Virus record (IMG/VR): IMGVR_UViG_3300031992_000016 | Coordinates: 1 to 64,000 of that record | Direction: 5' to 3' (one strand) | DNA length: 64,000 bases | DNA from: a virus | Taxonomy: Duplodnaviria > Caudoviricetes | In this document: in pieces, positions 61,470-64,000 of the stretch | Layout of the letters: each line of letters starts with the position of its first letter | Numbering within the stretch: position 1 is the stretch's first letter | The notes under the pieces: model-generated | Database searches by the model: none | What the model saw: the letters and a program-made list of their open reading frames with translations, nothing else | Told to the model about the DNA's origin: nothing | Made by a program: the position numbers and the translations under genes

Positions 61470-62477
61470 ATGGTTTAGATTGTTATATCTGTTATTGCCG
61501 CAATTTTAATTCTGGCCGCGATTATAATTGATTCTAAATTATCTCAATAGCGCAAGGATTTAGTGCAGGAAATCACAGAATTAAAAACGCGCACAGAAGA
61601 ATTAGTTAAAACTCGTGATGAATTGTAGGATGCAAATGAAAAATTAATGCACACCCGCAATGAAAATGAGCAATATATCGGATGGCAAGAATCAAAAATT
61701 GCATCTACAAAGACATCTATTGAAGTGATGCAATTAGCTGTAAAAAATGCTGAAAAAGGTGCTAATCTTCGTATCGAGGAATTAAAAAAACAAATAGAAA
61801 AAGAATATGATTATGCTAAATTTGAAGCCAAGGAAGATTATCTTAAATTACAAGAAACACTAAGTCAAGATACTCAAAAGCAATTAGAAACAGATTTACA
61901 AAAATTACAAGAAGTAAATGATAATATAAATACGCAACAAGCTATTTTAGATGCTTTGCGCTCAAAGGCCATCGCGGCACGTAATATTAACATTGCAAGA
62001 GAAAAAGAAAAAGATGGAATTGCATTTTATCAGTTGCAATTAACGCCAGAAGCAAAGCATGATAGTGAAGTAATGCGTTCTTTTGAATATCAATTAAGTC
62101 GTCCTGATGTAATTAATAAACTTATTTGGAAAGTGTTTTATGAAAAACCATATACTAGTTTAGTCGGTCGAGTATTAGGCACTGCTACACATACTGGTGT
62201 TTATAAAATTACTGAATTAGAAAGCGGTAAAGTATATGTTGGTCAAGCAGTCGATGTTGCAGAAAGATGGCGTCAGCATATCAAGCGCGGCTTAGGCGCA
62301 GAACCAGTAACACAAAATAAGTTATATCCTGCTATGCACAAATTAGGTCCAGAGAATTTCACTTTTGAATTAATCGAAGATTGTCCAAGAGAAGAATTAA
62401 ATGAGCGTGAGCGCTATTGGATTGATTTTTATGGCGGGAAAGAATTTGGATATAATGTTACCGGAGGCAACAAATGA
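61470..62477 (+). CDS. Membrane-anchored coiled-coil protein with C-terminal GIY-YIG domain, 3 TAG
   Basis: Frame extends upstream of 61647 through 3 TAG to a hydrophobic helix; GVYKIT...VYVGQA...RW.QH...LNERE.YWI...GYN. Confidence 0.8.
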
Positions 62478-62758
62478 AAAGAATTATTGATACACGCGGC
62501 ACAGGAAAAACATATAGACTATTGGAACACGCGCAAGCAGTTGGCGGTATTGTTGTATGTAGTCATCCAGAAGGTATGAAAGTTAAAGCTGAATCATATG
62601 GTTTTGATAATATTACTTGTATGAGTTATGGCGAATATGCCAATGAAAATTTTTTACCTGGTAGCCGTACTCCAATTTTTATTGATGAATTGGAAGCATT
62701 TCTTACGTATAATATTAGTAATTATATAGAAGGCTATACTATTAGTGTTGATTATTGA
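62474..62758 (+). CDS. Small P-loop-like protein
   Basis: RGTGKT and IFIDE. Confidence 0.65.
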   Translation: MKRIIDTRGTGKTYRLLEHAQAVGGIVVCSHPEGMKVKAESYGFDNITCMSYGEYANENFLPGSRTPIFIDELEAFLTYNISNYIEGYTISVDY

Positions 62759-62815
62759 CTTTTTTAAAAAAATTTGGTATAATATATATAGAAAATGAAG
62801 AAAGGGTTTTAAAAA

Positions 62816-63169
62816 ATGTCTAAAAGCGAAGAGTTCTTGAATTTCTGGAATTATTTGGTTCATGATGTAGCAGGTGATATTGATGTGCCTGAGAATGTGC
62901 AGGCATACATTGATGCACTAAGTGGTAATGAGAAAAAGGAGAAACCCTTATTTACCGATAATGGTAAAGTAATTTTGCAATGGTTGCAAGGTGCGCCGGA
63001 CGCTTATTATAAATCAAAAGACATTGCTGAACAAGTTGGTTTGGCATCGAAGTCTGTGGCTGGCGCAATGAGAAAGTTGATTACAGATGGATTTGTTGAA
63101 AAAGTAGGCAAAGATCCAGTACTGTATATGATTACATCAAAAGGAAAAGAAATTAATATTGAGGAGTAA
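62816..63169 (+). CDS. Winged-helix protein
   Basis: KSKDIAEQVGLASKSVAGAMRKLITDGFVEK. Confidence 0.75.
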   Translation: MSKSEEFLNFWNYLVHDVAGDIDVPENVQAYIDALSGNEKKEKPLFTDNGKVILQWLQGAPDAYYKSKDIAEQVGLASKSVAGAMRKLITDGFVEKVGKDPVLYMITSKGKEINIEE

Positions 63170-63174
63170 TGATT

Positions 63175-64000
63175 ATGAAAAAGACAATGAACAATGTGCA
63201 TCTCGAAGGTTATGTGTATGATATTGACATGAAGGAAGCAGTTACTGGTGAAAGATCAAAAGTTCCTGGCACTAAGTATCTGCGCGGCACCATTCAGATT
63301 TGTACTGATGAAGTTGGCGCGAATGTATGCCCAGTTTATATTTCTTATGCTACTCCTGTGACACCGGCTGGTCGTGCAAATGAGACTTATAACATCTTGT
63401 CTAAGCTCATGAGTGGGGAATACTCTACTTGGATGAATGGTGGCAAGGATAATGCCTGCCGTGTTCGTATTGATACTAGCATTGGCGTAAATGATTTTTA
63501 TGCAACTGATGGAACTCTTGTTTCTCAGGTTCGTAATGAGAACGGTTTCCTCCATATTATGACCGAGGATTTCAATGAGGATACCAATCAGCGCGCTTCT
63601 TTCCAGGTTGATACGGTTATTACGAATGTAATTGAGAAGGAAGCAGACCCTGAGAGAGAGATGCCTGCACATGCTTTGATTAAGGGTTATACGTTTAATT
63701 ACAATGGGTCTAAGATTATGCCTGTTGATTTTATGATTACTAAGCCCGATGGTATTCGGTTCTTCCTTAGTATCGGTGCTTCTAATGCTAAGCCTTATTT
63801 CACGAAGTTGAGTGGTCATCAGACTTCTCGTACTGCTCAAATTAAGGTTGAGGAAGAAAGCGCATTTGGTGACCCAATTGTTCGTTTCCGTTCTATTTCT
63901 CGGAAGGCATATGTCGTTGATAGTTGCTTGAAGCAGCCTTATCTGTGGGATGATGCTGAAACGATTACTGCGGCTGAGTTTAAGAGTAAGTTGGCTGACC
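63175..64000 (+). CDS. Putative ssDNA-binding/OB-fold protein, truncated by the window end
   Basis: RBS GAGGAG; MKKTMNNVHLEGYVY...; open to the end of the window. Confidence 0.6.
   Translation, partial: MKKTMNNVHLEGYVYDIDMKEAVTGERSKVPGTKYLRGTIQICTDEVGANVCPVYISYATPVTPAGRANETYNILSKLMSGEYSTWMNGGKDNACRVRIDTSIGVNDFYATDGTLVSQVRNENGFLHIMTEDFNEDTNQRASFQVDTVITNVIEKEADPEREMPAHALIKGYTFNYNGSKIMPVDFMITKPDGIRFFLSIGASNAKPYFTKLSGHQTSRTAQIKVEEESAFGDPIVRFRSISRKAYVVDSCLKQPYLWDDAETITAAEFKSKLAD

Larger units (their letters stand above)
15071..62795 (+). promoter_or_regulatory. Second promoter class, ~25 copies: TTGA(AAA/TTT)-AT-rich spacer-TG(A/G/T)TATAATATATA(T)GTAAG/AGAAA
   Basis: Copies at ~15071, 15310, 17898, 19805, 20355, 20635, 24276, 25384, 26014, 27562, 27832, 32466, 33010, 36950, 41627, 43531, 45190, 46216, 49619, 50403, 52148, 53056, 60750, 61001, 62755. 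Confidence 0.85.

Noticed and set aside
12146-62477. Genes interrupted by stops read as pseudogenes or sequencing errors
   Set aside because: Every interruption I traced is TAG, in frame, often at Gln-type positions, and a CUA tRNA is present
15071-62795. Recurrent ~50-bp AT-rich repeat as a CRISPR array
   Set aside because: Copies are dispersed, separated by whole genes and contain -35/-10/RBS elements; no cas genes are seen

Overview
A 64-kb segment of a large dsDNA bacteriophage genome, probably infecting an anaerobic Bacillota/Clostridia host (inferred from sigma-A promoters, GGAGG RBSs and gene content). It reads TAG as glutamine (genetic code 15): at least 17 genes that look fragmented or are missing in the ORF track become intact when TAG is read as Gln, and a CUA-anticodon tRNA lies at 37355-37447. 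Layout: (1) 1-11.3 kb, an early-type array of small gene cassettes with ~23 TTGACA/TATAAT promoters, bracketed by GTAAC/GTTAC repeat arrays; (2) 11.5-15 kb, a repeat-rich, origin-like minus-strand block containing a tandem winged-helix gene hidden by 7 TAG codons; (3) 15-26 kb, accessory genes; (4) 26-39.3 kb, an array of 33 tRNA genes interleaved with structured ncRNAs, including a ~940-nt ornate RNA candidate, a mini tmRNA-like RNA, and seven stem-closed RNAs with an ACAGCAA-type motif, two of which carry circularly permuted tRNA domains; (5) 39-53 kb, nucleoside salvage genes, a DUF2828 (Ro60/TROVE-like, vWA) protein and an RNA-repair set (nucleotidyltransferase, RNA ligase, polynucleotide kinase, phosphoesterases); (6) 53-64 kb, DNA metabolism (GyrB/GyrA, RNase HI, ATP-dependent ligase, GIY-YIG, SSB-like). 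The best candidate for a new system is a phage Ro60-like protein with a family of Y-RNA-like tRNA mimics and RNA healing/sealing enzymes. All family calls come from motif recognition by eye; no searches were run.
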